Assembly: GCA_002687935.1 (NCBI GenBank)
Contig: NZBN01000007.1
Location: forward strand, 37,030 to 101,029
DNA length: 64,000 nt
Direction: 5' to 3'
Source: Methanobacteriota archaeon
GTDB lineage: Archaea > Undinarchaeota > Undinarchaeia > Undinarchaeales > Undinarchaeaceae
The notes beneath the pieces are model-generated. The model made no database searches and was not told the origin of the DNA. It was given only the letters and a program-made list of their open reading frames with translations. This document shows, in pieces, positions 25,962-35,287 of this stretch; within the stretch, counting starts at the first letter, position 1, and every line of letters starts with the position of its first letter. The translations under genes and the position numbers were made by a program.

Positions 25962-26645
25962 ATGAAACTTGCAGCACTTTTCAGTGGAGGAAAGGATTCA
26001 ACAGCATCTCTCTACAAGGCGATGCAGGACGGCCATGAAATAACTCATCTAGTTACTGCTCTTGCCTCAAATCCTGACAGCTATCTTTTCCATACGTCTG
26101 CAATAAATATGGCAGAACTTGCGTCAGAAGCCATGGGAATACCTTTGGTAAAAGTTCCCATCGAGAGCACTTTCGACACTGGGGAGGCTGAGGAGCTCGA
26201 AGAAGCTCTGTCAAAACTCGACATAGATGGAATTACTCTCGGCGGAGTAAGCTCAAATTACCAGGGAAATATTTTCACAGGAATCGCAAGCAAGCTCGGT
26301 CTTGAAGTTGTCGCCCCTTTTTGGGAAAAGCCACATGAAGAGCTTATAGATTACGCACTTGACGAAGGCTTTAAAATAATTTTCGTCTCTGTTTCTGCAG
26401 ATGGCCTCGATCAATCTTGGCTCGGACGGGAGCTGAACAGGGAAACTTACGAAGAGCTCAAAAAAATAAGAGAAAAGTACCGTATAGATATAGGCGGCGA
26501 AGGTGGAGAATATTGTACTCTTGTTATTGACGGACCAATTTTCAAGAAGAGAATAAAGATAGAGAATTCAGAAGTTTCATGGAAGGGAATGGCTGGAAAA
26601 CTTATAATAAAGAAGGCAAACCTCTCTGAAAAAGTTACACAGTAA
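25962..26645 (+). CDS. dph6: diphthine--ammonia ligase (PP-loop ATPase)
   Basis: LFSGGKDS, SYLFH, GEGGEY.TLV.DGP.F. Confidence 0.9.
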   Translation: MKLAALFSGGKDSTASLYKAMQDGHEITHLVTALASNPDSYLFHTSAINMAELASEAMGIPLVKVPIESTFDTGEAEELEEALSKLDIDGITLGGVSSNYQGNIFTGIASKLGLEVVAPFWEKPHEELIDYALDEGFKIIFVSVSADGLDQSWLGRELNRETYEELKKIREKYRIDIGGEGGEYCTLVIDGPIFKKRIKIENSEVSWKGMAGKLIIKKANLSEKVTQ

Positions 26646-26676
26646 GTTATTTAATTGCCCTGATAATAGTTCTTGT

Positions 26677-27462
26677 ATGAATATTTTAAAGAAATTCTCA
26701 AGGTCTCTAAAAGCTCTAAGAGATATGTACTTTATCTGGAAAGAAAGACCTTTCAGTACAGTTCGTGAGATATCTGATATTTATCATAAGCGCCCGCTTC
26801 TCGATTCTGCATATACTTCTGCAGTAGAAATGCTAAAGCGCGATTCCTATATGTTCAGCGAAGCCTGCGCAGCAGTTCTTGATGATGTCAGCATAAGGAC
26901 TCCAAAAACCAAAGGTTCAATCATCACGACTCTGGAGTCAGAAGATGAAAGAATAAACCTTTATGAACGTGATATAAGAAAGAGAATTTTGAAATATCTC
27001 GCAGAAAACTCAGCTCCTGATGTAAAACGTTCTTTGGTTCTCACAAGTCTTGTTATCGATCTTGAACAGCTTGGGGACTACACAGTTGAAATGGCAAGAC
27101 TGACTCTTTTAAATCCCCATAAAGTTGACAATAGTCTTCATATGAAGACTATGCGAAATTATCGTGATAGACTGAATATGATGTTCTCACTTTCTGCAGA
27201 GGCTCTTGCTGAAAAATCAAAGAAAAAGGCCACTCAGGTCAGCAAGCTAAACCAGGGACTTCTTACAGACTCTGAAAAATTCCTCAGAAAACTAGAACGT
27301 GGAAAGAATCTGCGCATGGCGGATGTGATGTTCTATATGCTTCTAACGAGATACTTCAGAAGAGTCGGAGGTCATCTGGAAAACATATCAATGGGAATTT
27401 TCCAGCCCTTCCAATATGTCGGTTTTAAGAGACATACAAAACACAAGCCAAAAAAGAGCTAA
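26677..27462 (+). CDS. PhoU-domain protein
   Basis: Two helical repeats with INLYE..IR and DLEQLGDY / RRVGGHLENI patterns. Confidence 0.8.
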   Translation: MNILKKFSRSLKALRDMYFIWKERPFSTVREISDIYHKRPLLDSAYTSAVEMLKRDSYMFSEACAAVLDDVSIRTPKTKGSIITTLESEDERINLYERDIRKRILKYLAENSAPDVKRSLVLTSLVIDLEQLGDYTVEMARLTLLNPHKVDNSLHMKTMRNYRDRLNMMFSLSAEALAEKSKKKATQVSKLNQGLLTDSEKFLRKLERGKNLRMADVMFYMLLTRYFRRVGGHLENISMGIFQPFQYVGFKRHTKHKPKKS

Positions 27463-27463
27463 A

Positions 27464-28150
27464 TTAAAAACCGACTCTGGTTCCTGTAAATTCCTTTTTG
27501 TCTAGAATATTTCCAATATTTTCAAGATCCTTTCCATTAACCACTGCGGCGTGTATCTTATTTTCTGAGAGTATTTTGGCTGCCACAGGATCCATAATTG
27601 TTGAAATATTTGCCTTGTGCTCTCCACTGCCTGCAAGGTCTTTCAGTTCATCAAAACTTACTGACTCAAGTTTTTTTGCATCCTTAAATTTATTCGGGTC
27701 TTTGTCATAAACATAATCAACATCAGTGCACTTTATGACCATTTCAGCGCCCCAGACTTCTGCTATCTCCGCTGAGACTGCATCTGTTCTCTGTCCTGGT
27801 CTAAATCCTCCTGCAACAATAACCTTTCCTGGACTTTCTTCAGAAATTTTAAGAAAATCTTCTTCTGACTTTGCTATCTCATCAGCCGCCAAATCTCCAA
27901 GAGCTGTTACAAGTAGTGAAGCATTTACTCTGGATGCCATTATTCCAACTGTATCAAGAAGGTCTTCATCGCTGGTGAATTTTCTTCCCAGCTCTCCATA
28001 CTCTCTAGAGAGTTTGCCCCCCCCTACAACCACAGCAATCTGGTGGGTTTTTGCCCATTCACTTATTTTTGAAGAAAATTTCTCTAAAAAATCCTTATCT
28101 ACGCCTTCGGCTGAGAATACAGATCCTCCCAGTTTCAAAACGGTTTTCAT
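27464..28150 (-). CDS. pyrH: uridylate kinase
   Basis: VLKLGGSV, VVVGGG..SR.Y, GFRPGQRTDAV, DVDYVYDKDP. Confidence 0.93.
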   Translation of the reverse strand: MKTVLKLGGSVFSAEGVDKDFLEKFSSKISEWAKTHQIAVVVGGGKLSREYGELGRKFTSDEDLLDTVGIMASRVNASLLVTALGDLAADEIAKSEEDFLKISEESPGKVIVAGGFRPGQRTDAVSAEIAEVWGAEMVIKCTDVDYVYDKDPNKFKDAKKLESVSFDELKDLAGSGEHKANISTIMDPVAAKILSENKIHAAVVNGKDLENIGNILDKKEFTGTRVGF

Positions 28151-28151
28151 C

Positions 28152-28358
28152 TTATTTGCTTCTAAGAACTACAGCTCTTGATATATATCCGGCAAGTCTG
28201 TTCCTTATTCTCTTGCTAGGACACTTCAGGCTACCGTTTTCTATAATTTCATTAAGAGCAAGCTTATTCTTGTCAAAATCCACACTATAGTTGTCTGGAC
28301 TCCTTTCCAAGAGTTCGTCTCCTACTCTCTTAACGAATGTTTGTATTATTCTTCCCAT
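28152..28358 (-). CDS. rps17e: 30S ribosomal protein S17e
   Basis: MGRI..TFVKR, DFDKNK, SKRIRNRLAGYI; SD GAGGT before ATG 28358. Confidence 0.93.
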   Translation of the reverse strand: MGRIIQTFVKRVGDELLERSPDNYSVDFDKNKLALNEIIENGSLKCPSKRIRNRLAGYISRAVVLRSK

Positions 28359-28412
28359 ACCTCGTTTACTTGATTCAAAAAGATTAAAAAGCTTTCCATA
28401 CAGGTTCAATGC

Positions 28413-29378
28413 ATGTCAAAGCAAATAGTAGTCACTCCCTTTGGTATTTATTCCTCTGAAGGAGGTAAACTTAGCCTGGAGTCTGAGTTTTCAACCAGTC
28501 CAGCTGAGGCGGCAAAAACTCTGAGGAACTATGAAAAAACAGAAACTTTGCCTGAATTAGACGTCCTTCTTGAGTCTGGAGCTGAATTTTCAGCAGACAG
28601 CGAAGCTTCAATAGATGCCAGATTGCGTCTCGATGAACTCGCAAAGGAGAGAGGGATTGATTTAGATAAATATATTCACGCTCTTAACCAGGAACTTACA
28701 AAACTGAGGATGCATGAAGAGCTGGCTTCCCCTGACAGAAGAATTATCCAGGCTGTCAACTCCCTTGAAGAGATGGACCCCCTTGTAAATGTTCTTTCTG
28801 AGAGACTCAGAGAATGGTCTTCTTTATATTCTCCAGAGCTCAGTCGCTCTGTACAGAAACATGATGATTTTTTGATAAAACTTTCCCAGCAAAAGGAAAT
28901 ATCCAGCGAACTTGGGGCAGTTTTCGAAAGGTCTGATACAGAAGTTCCCAAAGGTATAGCACATTCTCTCTCAGATATGTATGAAACACGAACCAGACTC
29001 CGCGAATACCTTGAGAAAATGATGAGGGAACACTATCCAAATCTCGAAGCTGTCGCTGGAAGTCACATTGGGGCTCAGCTTATGGCTCTTGTCGGAGGTG
29101 CCAAGCGTCTGGCAACAAAGCCTTCGAGCACAGTCCAGGTTCTTGGAGCTGAGAAGGCACTATTCAGGCACGTCACAACTGGGGCAAAGCCTCCAAAATA
29201 TGGAGTTCTTCTGCACCATCCTGTGATAAATGACCTTCCGAAACATCTTCGGGGGAAGGGAGCTCGGATTCTTGCAGGAAAAATATCCCTTGCAATAAGG
29301 GCTGATGTCTACGGCTCAGGCTTTTCAGCTGACAAACTCAATGAAAGCCTGGACAAGAGGATAAAAAATCTAAAATGA
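28413..29378 (+). CDS. nop5: C/D box RNP protein Nop5/Nop56
   Basis: LSERLREW, PNL..VAG..IGA.L, STVQVLGAEKALFRH, PPKYG. Confidence 0.93.
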   Translation: MSKQIVVTPFGIYSSEGGKLSLESEFSTSPAEAAKTLRNYEKTETLPELDVLLESGAEFSADSEASIDARLRLDELAKERGIDLDKYIHALNQELTKLRMHEELASPDRRIIQAVNSLEEMDPLVNVLSERLREWSSLYSPELSRSVQKHDDFLIKLSQQKEISSELGAVFERSDTEVPKGIAHSLSDMYETRTRLREYLEKMMREHYPNLEAVAGSHIGAQLMALVGGAKRLATKPSSTVQVLGAEKALFRHVTTGAKPPKYGVLLHHPVINDLPKHLRGKGARILAGKISLAIRADVYGSGFSADKLNESLDKRIKNLK

Positions 29379-30028
29379 AACTTCTAAAAAAACTCGGAAA
29401 AGAGTATGCAACTCTTAGCTTAGTTTCGGGCAGAAAGGTCTACGGAGAACGACTCAAAAAGATAGACGGAAAAGAATACAGATTCTGGGATTCTTACAGG
29501 TCAAAACTTTCAGCGGCGCTTACACTTGGTCTCAAGAATATGCACTTTGAAGAGGATTCAAGTGTTCTCTATCTTGGAGCCGCAAACGGAACAACTGCCA
29601 GTCACATATCTGACTTAGTTCCAAAGGGAACTGTATATTGTGTTGAGTTTTCCCCAAGAGCAATGGCGGACCTTTATCCACTTTGCAAAAAGAGGAAGAA
29701 TATGGTTCCTATACTCGCTGATGCAAATCGCCCAATCCAATACGCTCACCGCATCGGCCAAGTCGATATAGTTTACCAAGATGTTGCACAGCGCCATCAG
29801 GCTGACATTCTTATCAAAAATGCAAAAATGTTCCTCAAACCACGAGGCTGGACATATCTTATGGTAAAAGCCCGAAGTATAGACGTTTCTGAAAATCCAA
29901 ATAAGTTATTTAACATTCTCACAAATCAGCTTAGGTCAACATTCGACACTGAGGAAAAACTTAAGCTCGATCCCTACGAAAAAGACCATATGTGCATAGT
30001 TTCGAGGCTGAGAAAAACAATACGATGA
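29375..30028 (+). CDS. flpA: fibrillarin-like rRNA/tRNA 2'-O-methyltransferase
   Basis: VYGERL, YRSKL.AA, VLYLGAANGTT.SH.SD, VYQDVAQ. Confidence 0.95.
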   Translation: MKLLKKLGKEYATLSLVSGRKVYGERLKKIDGKEYRFWDSYRSKLSAALTLGLKNMHFEEDSSVLYLGAANGTTASHISDLVPKGTVYCVEFSPRAMADLYPLCKKRKNMVPILADANRPIQYAHRIGQVDIVYQDVAQRHQADILIKNAKMFLKPRGWTYLMVKARSIDVSENPNKLFNILTNQLRSTFDTEEKLKLDPYEKDHMCIVSRLRKTIR

Positions 30029-30963
30029 TTCCTGAGAGTTCCCAAAGAGAGAATCTTCTGGAAAGAGCCGCCGGACTTTTGGAAGCCCTCGGATTTTCAG
30101 TAGCACGTCAGCTTACTCCAAGCTGTTTCGACCTTCTTGCTCGTGACGGAGATACAATATTCTTGCTTAAAATTCTTTCAAACGTAGATTCTCTTACAGA
30201 GGAGCAGTCCATAGATCTCCGGCGCGTTTCCAATGTTATTGGAGCAAGTCCAATGCTAATTGGTGAGTCCGCGCGTGGCGAGACAATGATGGAGCACACA
30301 GTCTACGAACGCTACAATATTGCCTGCGTCAGTTTCAAAACATTTGAAAATGCCCTGTCGGAACATCACTTTCCCTTTGTTTACTCAAAGAAAGGCGGAT
30401 TCTATTCTCATCTGAATACGGACTATCTCCGGAAGTTGATGCAGAAGAACAATATCTCTGCCGGAGCCTTGGCGCGCGAAGCTGGTATCTCAAAAAGCTC
30501 GCTCCTGAATTATGAGCGCGGGCAGGGGGCTAGCATCGAAAACATTGAAAGGCTCCAGGAAGCTCTTGGAGATTTGGTTCTTGATCCTATAGATGTTTTC
30601 CGATTTGAAGAGGAAAGTCCAGAGCTTTCCGGTGGAATAAGTAAAATTGAAAAGGTAGTAGAATCTCACTTCGGAGATATTGGCTTCAGAACAGCGGCCG
30701 TTACCAAAGCTTCCTTCAGCCTCGTTGGCAGGAGCAAGAAGGATATAATCTTCACTGGACTCAAGTCAAAATCCCTGGAAAAGCGTGCAAAGGATATAAG
30801 GGAGTCTTCAAAGGTGCTCGGACAGCACGGAATGTTTGTTCTCAAGAAAACAGAGGAGAGACAAGTCAGTGGTGTGCCAGTACTCGGAGAGCAGGAATTC
30901 CAGGAAACAGTAACTTCAAAACAGCTTCTAAAGCTTCTGAGAGAGCTTGAGGAAGTTGATTAG
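30025..30963 (+). CDS. archaeal HTH transcriptional regulator (COG1395-like)
   Basis: CFDLLAR...LLKILSNVDS N-domain and central Cro-type HTH (GISKSSLLNYERG). Confidence 0.82.
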   Translation: MIPESSQRENLLERAAGLLEALGFSVARQLTPSCFDLLARDGDTIFLLKILSNVDSLTEEQSIDLRRVSNVIGASPMLIGESARGETMMEHTVYERYNIACVSFKTFENALSEHHFPFVYSKKGGFYSHLNTDYLRKLMQKNNISAGALAREAGISKSSLLNYERGQGASIENIERLQEALGDLVLDPIDVFRFEEESPELSGGISKIEKVVESHFGDIGFRTAAVTKASFSLVGRSKKDIIFTGLKSKSLEKRAKDIRESSKVLGQHGMFVLKKTEERQVSGVPVLGEQEFQETVTSKQLLKLLRELEEVD

Positions 30964-32762
30964 TTTCCATTTTGTTCTGGGTTCCGTCCTACAACGTTAG
31001 CAACTTCCAAAGAGGTCCAGCGTTTTTCTGGAAGCCCTATCCAGGCCCAAGGTAGTGTATTTATAATGCTAGTGTGGCTTGTAAAAGCCGTAGCTTCGGC
31101 CGAAGTCAAAGACAAGGCATCTATTTCTGCTATGTAAATATGACTTGGCTCTGCTAAGAGTGCTATTTCTGCCTTACCGTCATTATCCAAATCTCCACAG
31201 GCTATATCAAGCCAGTCCTGTTTCCAGTGAGTTGGACAAGAAGTTAGGTGGTAAGCTCTTGACATAGATGATATTGTTGGACACCCATTATTATCAGAAC
31301 TTGTTATATTTACTGCAATTTTTGGTATATTTCTAATTGTCTTACTTGATATTGAATTATTTATGTAAATTTCAACACTATCCCTTCTTTGGGAATTCAT
31401 ATCAAAAGAGGATACTGTTTCCATTGCTGGTATGCCTATGTACCCTTCAGAATATTCCCAATCTCCGCAGTCAATCGGCCAGTCCTCATGACTTATAGTA
31501 TATGTATCTAGATTGGAATCTAGCCAATTAAAATTATTACTAAAAGTTCTGTCATCTTCCAGGTCTACTAAGGAAAAGATGCAATTTCCGGAAGTTGTAC
31601 AGACTTTCATTACAGGTTTCAAGGTAGCTAAGTTAAAAGTGTCAGTTACTCTACAAGAATCATCAGATGCAAAACAACCAGAACTGCATTCCGCCTGCCA
31701 TCCAAAGGCTCCCCACAAATCTTGTCGCAGAGTAATTAAGTCGTTTTTAATCCCATCACCATCAAAATCGCAAATTGATGCCCCTGTATAATATCTGCTG
31801 AATCCTGAACTAATTGAGCCCAAATCTTCTGCACTACTAACTACAGCTCCTGTAGCGTATACACCTGCAAGCCATCCTGACTCAAGTTGGAAGAACTCAA
31901 TCTCAAGTGTTCTCATCTTTCGAGGAGATTTCTCCTCATTTGTGGTGCTCCTATAAATAAGGACTATATTATTTTCACGCCCATCCAAATCGCTATCTGA
32001 TATTCCTGCAACCTCAACTCCGCCTGCGAAACTCACTGTATTGGCGTCTGATTCCCAAGCATCATAATACTCAACAGAATATTCTTCGTATCCTCCTGAA
32101 TCTGTTTGCCTATAAATATGGAACACCGACACTCCTAAAACAATTATTTCATCGTCCCCGTCCCCGTCCAAATCCCCGACAAGTAGTGGTTTGTTCCCAA
32201 TTATAATTTCCCCGTCATCTTTTCTGAAAGCTCTTAGGTCTCCCAAACTATCTCCTGCACCTTCAATCATATTTGAATCACTCGGACTTTCCTCTTCAAG
32301 ACTTATTACGTCCCAATTTGTAAGCCCTGCAAGGTTTGAAGTGGTATAGTCATTCAATTGTTCATACTGTTCTGTATAATCTTTAATGTTAAAAATTACG
32401 AGTTCCTTATCTTCTGTCAATGCTACGAAATCATCATCAATTCCGTCTCCATCAAGGTCTCCAACTCTTACTTGTACCCATGGGTTCCTCCCATTTCCGA
32501 ATACATTCGGAAATTCATTTCCAACTTCCGGACCAAAGAAAAGTTTGGCGTCTCCGTCACCGTAACCTACTACCATTAGATTTCCTGGATTCCCCAGAGC
32601 CACAAGTTCCAGTCCCTCAAATTGGAACGCATCCTTCACTCCAAAAATCTGTCCTCCCATATTGAAAATGAAAGCCGCGCCGATGAGTGAAAGTACTATG
32701 GCGATTATCAGTGAGGCTCCGAAAGGAAGCCCTCCTTGCGCTTTTCTCATTTGTGTTTTCAT
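30960..32762 (-). CDS. secreted/pilin-signal protein with FG-GAP/VCBS-like Ca-binding repeats (putative adhesin)
   Basis: N-terminal RKA + hydrophobic helix; GDLDGDGIDD, GDLDGDGDDE, DSDLDG, DFDGDG, GDLDNDGKAE. Confidence 0.75.
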   Translation of the reverse strand: MKTQMRKAQGGLPFGASLIIAIVLSLIGAAFIFNMGGQIFGVKDAFQFEGLELVALGNPGNLMVVGYGDGDAKLFFGPEVGNEFPNVFGNGRNPWVQVRVGDLDGDGIDDDFVALTEDKELVIFNIKDYTEQYEQLNDYTTSNLAGLTNWDVISLEEESPSDSNMIEGAGDSLGDLRAFRKDDGEIIIGNKPLLVGDLDGDGDDEIIVLGVSVFHIYRQTDSGGYEEYSVEYYDAWESDANTVSFAGGVEVAGISDSDLDGRENNIVLIYRSTTNEEKSPRKMRTLEIEFFQLESGWLAGVYATGAVVSSAEDLGSISSGFSRYYTGASICDFDGDGIKNDLITLRQDLWGAFGWQAECSSGCFASDDSCRVTDTFNLATLKPVMKVCTTSGNCIFSLVDLEDDRTFSNNFNWLDSNLDTYTISHEDWPIDCGDWEYSEGYIGIPAMETVSSFDMNSQRRDSVEIYINNSISSKTIRNIPKIAVNITSSDNNGCPTISSMSRAYHLTSCPTHWKQDWLDIACGDLDNDGKAEIALLAEPSHIYIAEIDALSLTSAEATAFTSHTSIINTLPWAWIGLPEKRWTSLEVANVVGRNPEQNGN

Positions 32763-32763
32763 T

Positions 32764-34584
32764 TTATTCGCTTATCAGAGTTTCTGACTCCTCTCCTGTT
32801 TTTTCGCCGATGATATTCGCCGGGACAAGGCCTATCCAGCTGTTGAACCAGGTGGGGTCTGTCACAAATTTTTCACTATCATTTGTAAAACCTATATTAG
32901 CCCAGGACCAAGGGAGTCTATTTATCATTTGTTCATCATTCATATCCTTGAGTCCTTCTATTCCTCCAGAAAGGAAGGTATCAATTTCACTATTTCCTAT
33001 TATGTAAACAGTTCCCGGCTCTTCTACTAAAACCAAGTCCATCTTGCCATTTCCTGTAAAGTCGTCGCAGGCAATATCAACCCATTTAACAGGCCAGTTT
33101 AGTGCACATTCATAATTGCCTGCCAACCAATTTGTGAAGTCCGTATATGCTACTAATACATTAAATGCAATTCCTCTGCTTCCAAATCTAATAAGATTCC
33201 AGTCATAATCAAAATCTATTTGATCACATTCTGACGAAGAAGTATAGTCTATGTCTATTATTGGTTGAGGTAGTTCTACAGAACCCTGTGAAACTATCTC
33301 TCCATAAGTACTACTTACTACATACTTTCTTACAGTTGGACTCAAACCCTCTCCCCTTCCTGGTACTGTATCTTCACTATTATATGTTCCAAACCAAGGG
33401 TTTGCATAGTCACTGCAACTCGGATTGGCCAGGTTTACAACCATGTCCTGAAGTAGTAGTATGTCATTATTTGATTTGTCACGATACCACAAATCCTCAT
33501 CAATCTGTGTCTCGTATATTGCCCCTGGTTGCGTGCTTGCTAGCGCTGGACTGTCGTCATAATCATATTCACAACCATCAACATAACCCTTCCAATCCAT
33601 ATCATAACCCCAAACTCCATATACATCAGACGTCAAGAATAGTATCTCGTCTTTTCCATCTTCATTGTAATCACACATGGTAGCTGAGGGATAAAGCTCC
33701 GCAAAGTTTGCTAACAATTCATCATTCTCATCATACATTGTCCTATAGTTTCCATTATCATCCTTCCAAATCTCAAATATCGCCAGGCTTCTCCTACTCT
33801 CTTCGTAATCACTGGCTGTTCTATATGCAACAACAATCTCTGTATTATCGTCGTAGTCAGCATTCCCAACAGCGACAGAGTCAACGCCACCTCCAAAACT
33901 TACGGAATGCGAAAATCCAATATTGTTATTTGCATTATCCGAGCAAAATTCGGATGTACAATATTCATCATATTCATCTATTACAGTTTTCACATAGCTA
34001 CTTCCGGTATAATCGTAAATAACAAGTTTATTCTCCCCGACAACTAATATCTCATCCTTTTCGTCATTGTCAAAGTCTCCTGCTGCAAGGGCGTTCTTTT
34101 CGTAGTTCATACCAGAATCAAAATGTAGTACGTCCCAATCCCAGTTCTCAAGATCTGAAACAGTTTTCACATTCAATGATGCTTCATCTGTATCTGTCAT
34201 CAAGGGAGCAATCTCATCAATAGGTATTATGATAATATCACTGCTATCTGAAAGTCCGATAACTTCGTCATAGCCGTCTCCGTCAAGGTCTCCTGCTGCA
34301 AGCCCATACCATGCGTCACTTCCTAAATTTGGAAATGTTGCCCCCACTTCTCCTTGTAGCTGAACCTTTACACTTGCATCTGGACCGTATCCAATAAGTC
34401 TAATATCTCCTTCATTCCCCAGAGCAATAAGCTCCTTCCCTTCTGTTGGAATAATATCTTCCGTTCCTCCAAACAGCCCACTTGCAAGTTTTCCAAGACC
34501 GAGAAGCCCTATCATAGTAGGTATAAGTACAATTATCAGAACGACTCCCAGAACTAATCCGGCTGCTGCTTTCCTATTGGGCAT
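32764..34584 (-). CDS. paralogous secreted/pilin-signal protein with FG-GAP/VCBS-like repeats (putative adhesin)
   Basis: MPNRKA + hydrophobic helix; GDLDGDGYDE, GDFDNDEKDE, DYNEDGKDE, DDFTGNGKMD. Confidence 0.75.
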   Translation of the reverse strand: MPNRKAAAGLVLGVVLIIVLIPTMIGLLGLGKLASGLFGGTEDIIPTEGKELIALGNEGDIRLIGYGPDASVKVQLQGEVGATFPNLGSDAWYGLAAGDLDGDGYDEVIGLSDSSDIIIIPIDEIAPLMTDTDEASLNVKTVSDLENWDWDVLHFDSGMNYEKNALAAGDFDNDEKDEILVVGENKLVIYDYTGSSYVKTVIDEYDEYCTSEFCSDNANNNIGFSHSVSFGGGVDSVAVGNADYDDNTEIVVAYRTASDYEESRRSLAIFEIWKDDNGNYRTMYDENDELLANFAELYPSATMCDYNEDGKDEILFLTSDVYGVWGYDMDWKGYVDGCEYDYDDSPALASTQPGAIYETQIDEDLWYRDKSNNDILLLQDMVVNLANPSCSDYANPWFGTYNSEDTVPGRGEGLSPTVRKYVVSSTYGEIVSQGSVELPQPIIDIDYTSSSECDQIDFDYDWNLIRFGSRGIAFNVLVAYTDFTNWLAGNYECALNWPVKWVDIACDDFTGNGKMDLVLVEEPGTVYIIGNSEIDTFLSGGIEGLKDMNDEQMINRLPWSWANIGFTNDSEKFVTDPTWFNSWIGLVPANIIGEKTGEESETLISE

Positions 34585-34659
34585 ACTTGCCCTTAATCCT
34601 GCTTTATATTAATTCTTTCCCCGCAAGTCTTTTATCATAGTCTTGTAATAAATAAAAAG

Positions 34660-35286
34660 ATGAAAGAAAATCCGGCAGGTGCAATAATCACCAGAATCAT
34701 CGGCGGAGTCGCACTTGTAGCAATTTCCCTGTATCTCCTCTTCGGTAAGTTTTCTGCTGCAATAAACAGCTCTCCGCAGAATAATGTCCTTGTACTCTTC
34801 CTTCTCTTACTCATGCTTCTTATATCGCGTATTACCGTCCTCACAAAAGTCGGCGTTGCATTCCTCTTCCCTATATTATTTGCAGTTAATTTGGTCTACG
34901 GAACTTTGGCAACGCTTCTAATTCTTTGGGTTTCAACAATGCTCTTCATCTTTTTGGCACTTAAACCAACTCCGATAGATATGTTCATACACAAGGGAGC
35001 CGGTCCTGCTATAACCCAGACTATTTACATGTCGCTCTGGATAGTTCTTGTTGGAATTAGCTTTTCAGTTGTTCCGTTCAATGAGGTTCTTTCGAATCTT
35101 CGTGTTTTCTATCTCAGTTGGCTCGCAGTTTATGTCACTTTCATGTACTTTGCATACAGAATCTTTACTGCCGATCCAATTCCCCAAATACTGCTCAATG
35201 TGTTCTCAAGTGCTGGTTTTCAATATCTCACAATAACTTTCTTCGAGGCATCTTATAGAAGTTACATAATTGCGATGGCGGCTTAA
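34660..35286 (+). CDS. hypothetical integral membrane protein
   Basis: 208 aa, 6-7 hydrophobic segments. Confidence 0.6.
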   Translation: MKENPAGAIITRIIGGVALVAISLYLLFGKFSAAINSSPQNNVLVLFLLLLMLLISRITVLTKVGVAFLFPILFAVNLVYGTLATLLILWVSTMLFIFLALKPTPIDMFIHKGAGPAITQTIYMSLWIVLVGISFSVVPFNEVLSNLRVFYLSWLAVYVTFMYFAYRIFTADPIPQILLNVFSSAGFQYLTITFFEASYRSYIIAMAA

Positions 35287-35287
35287 A

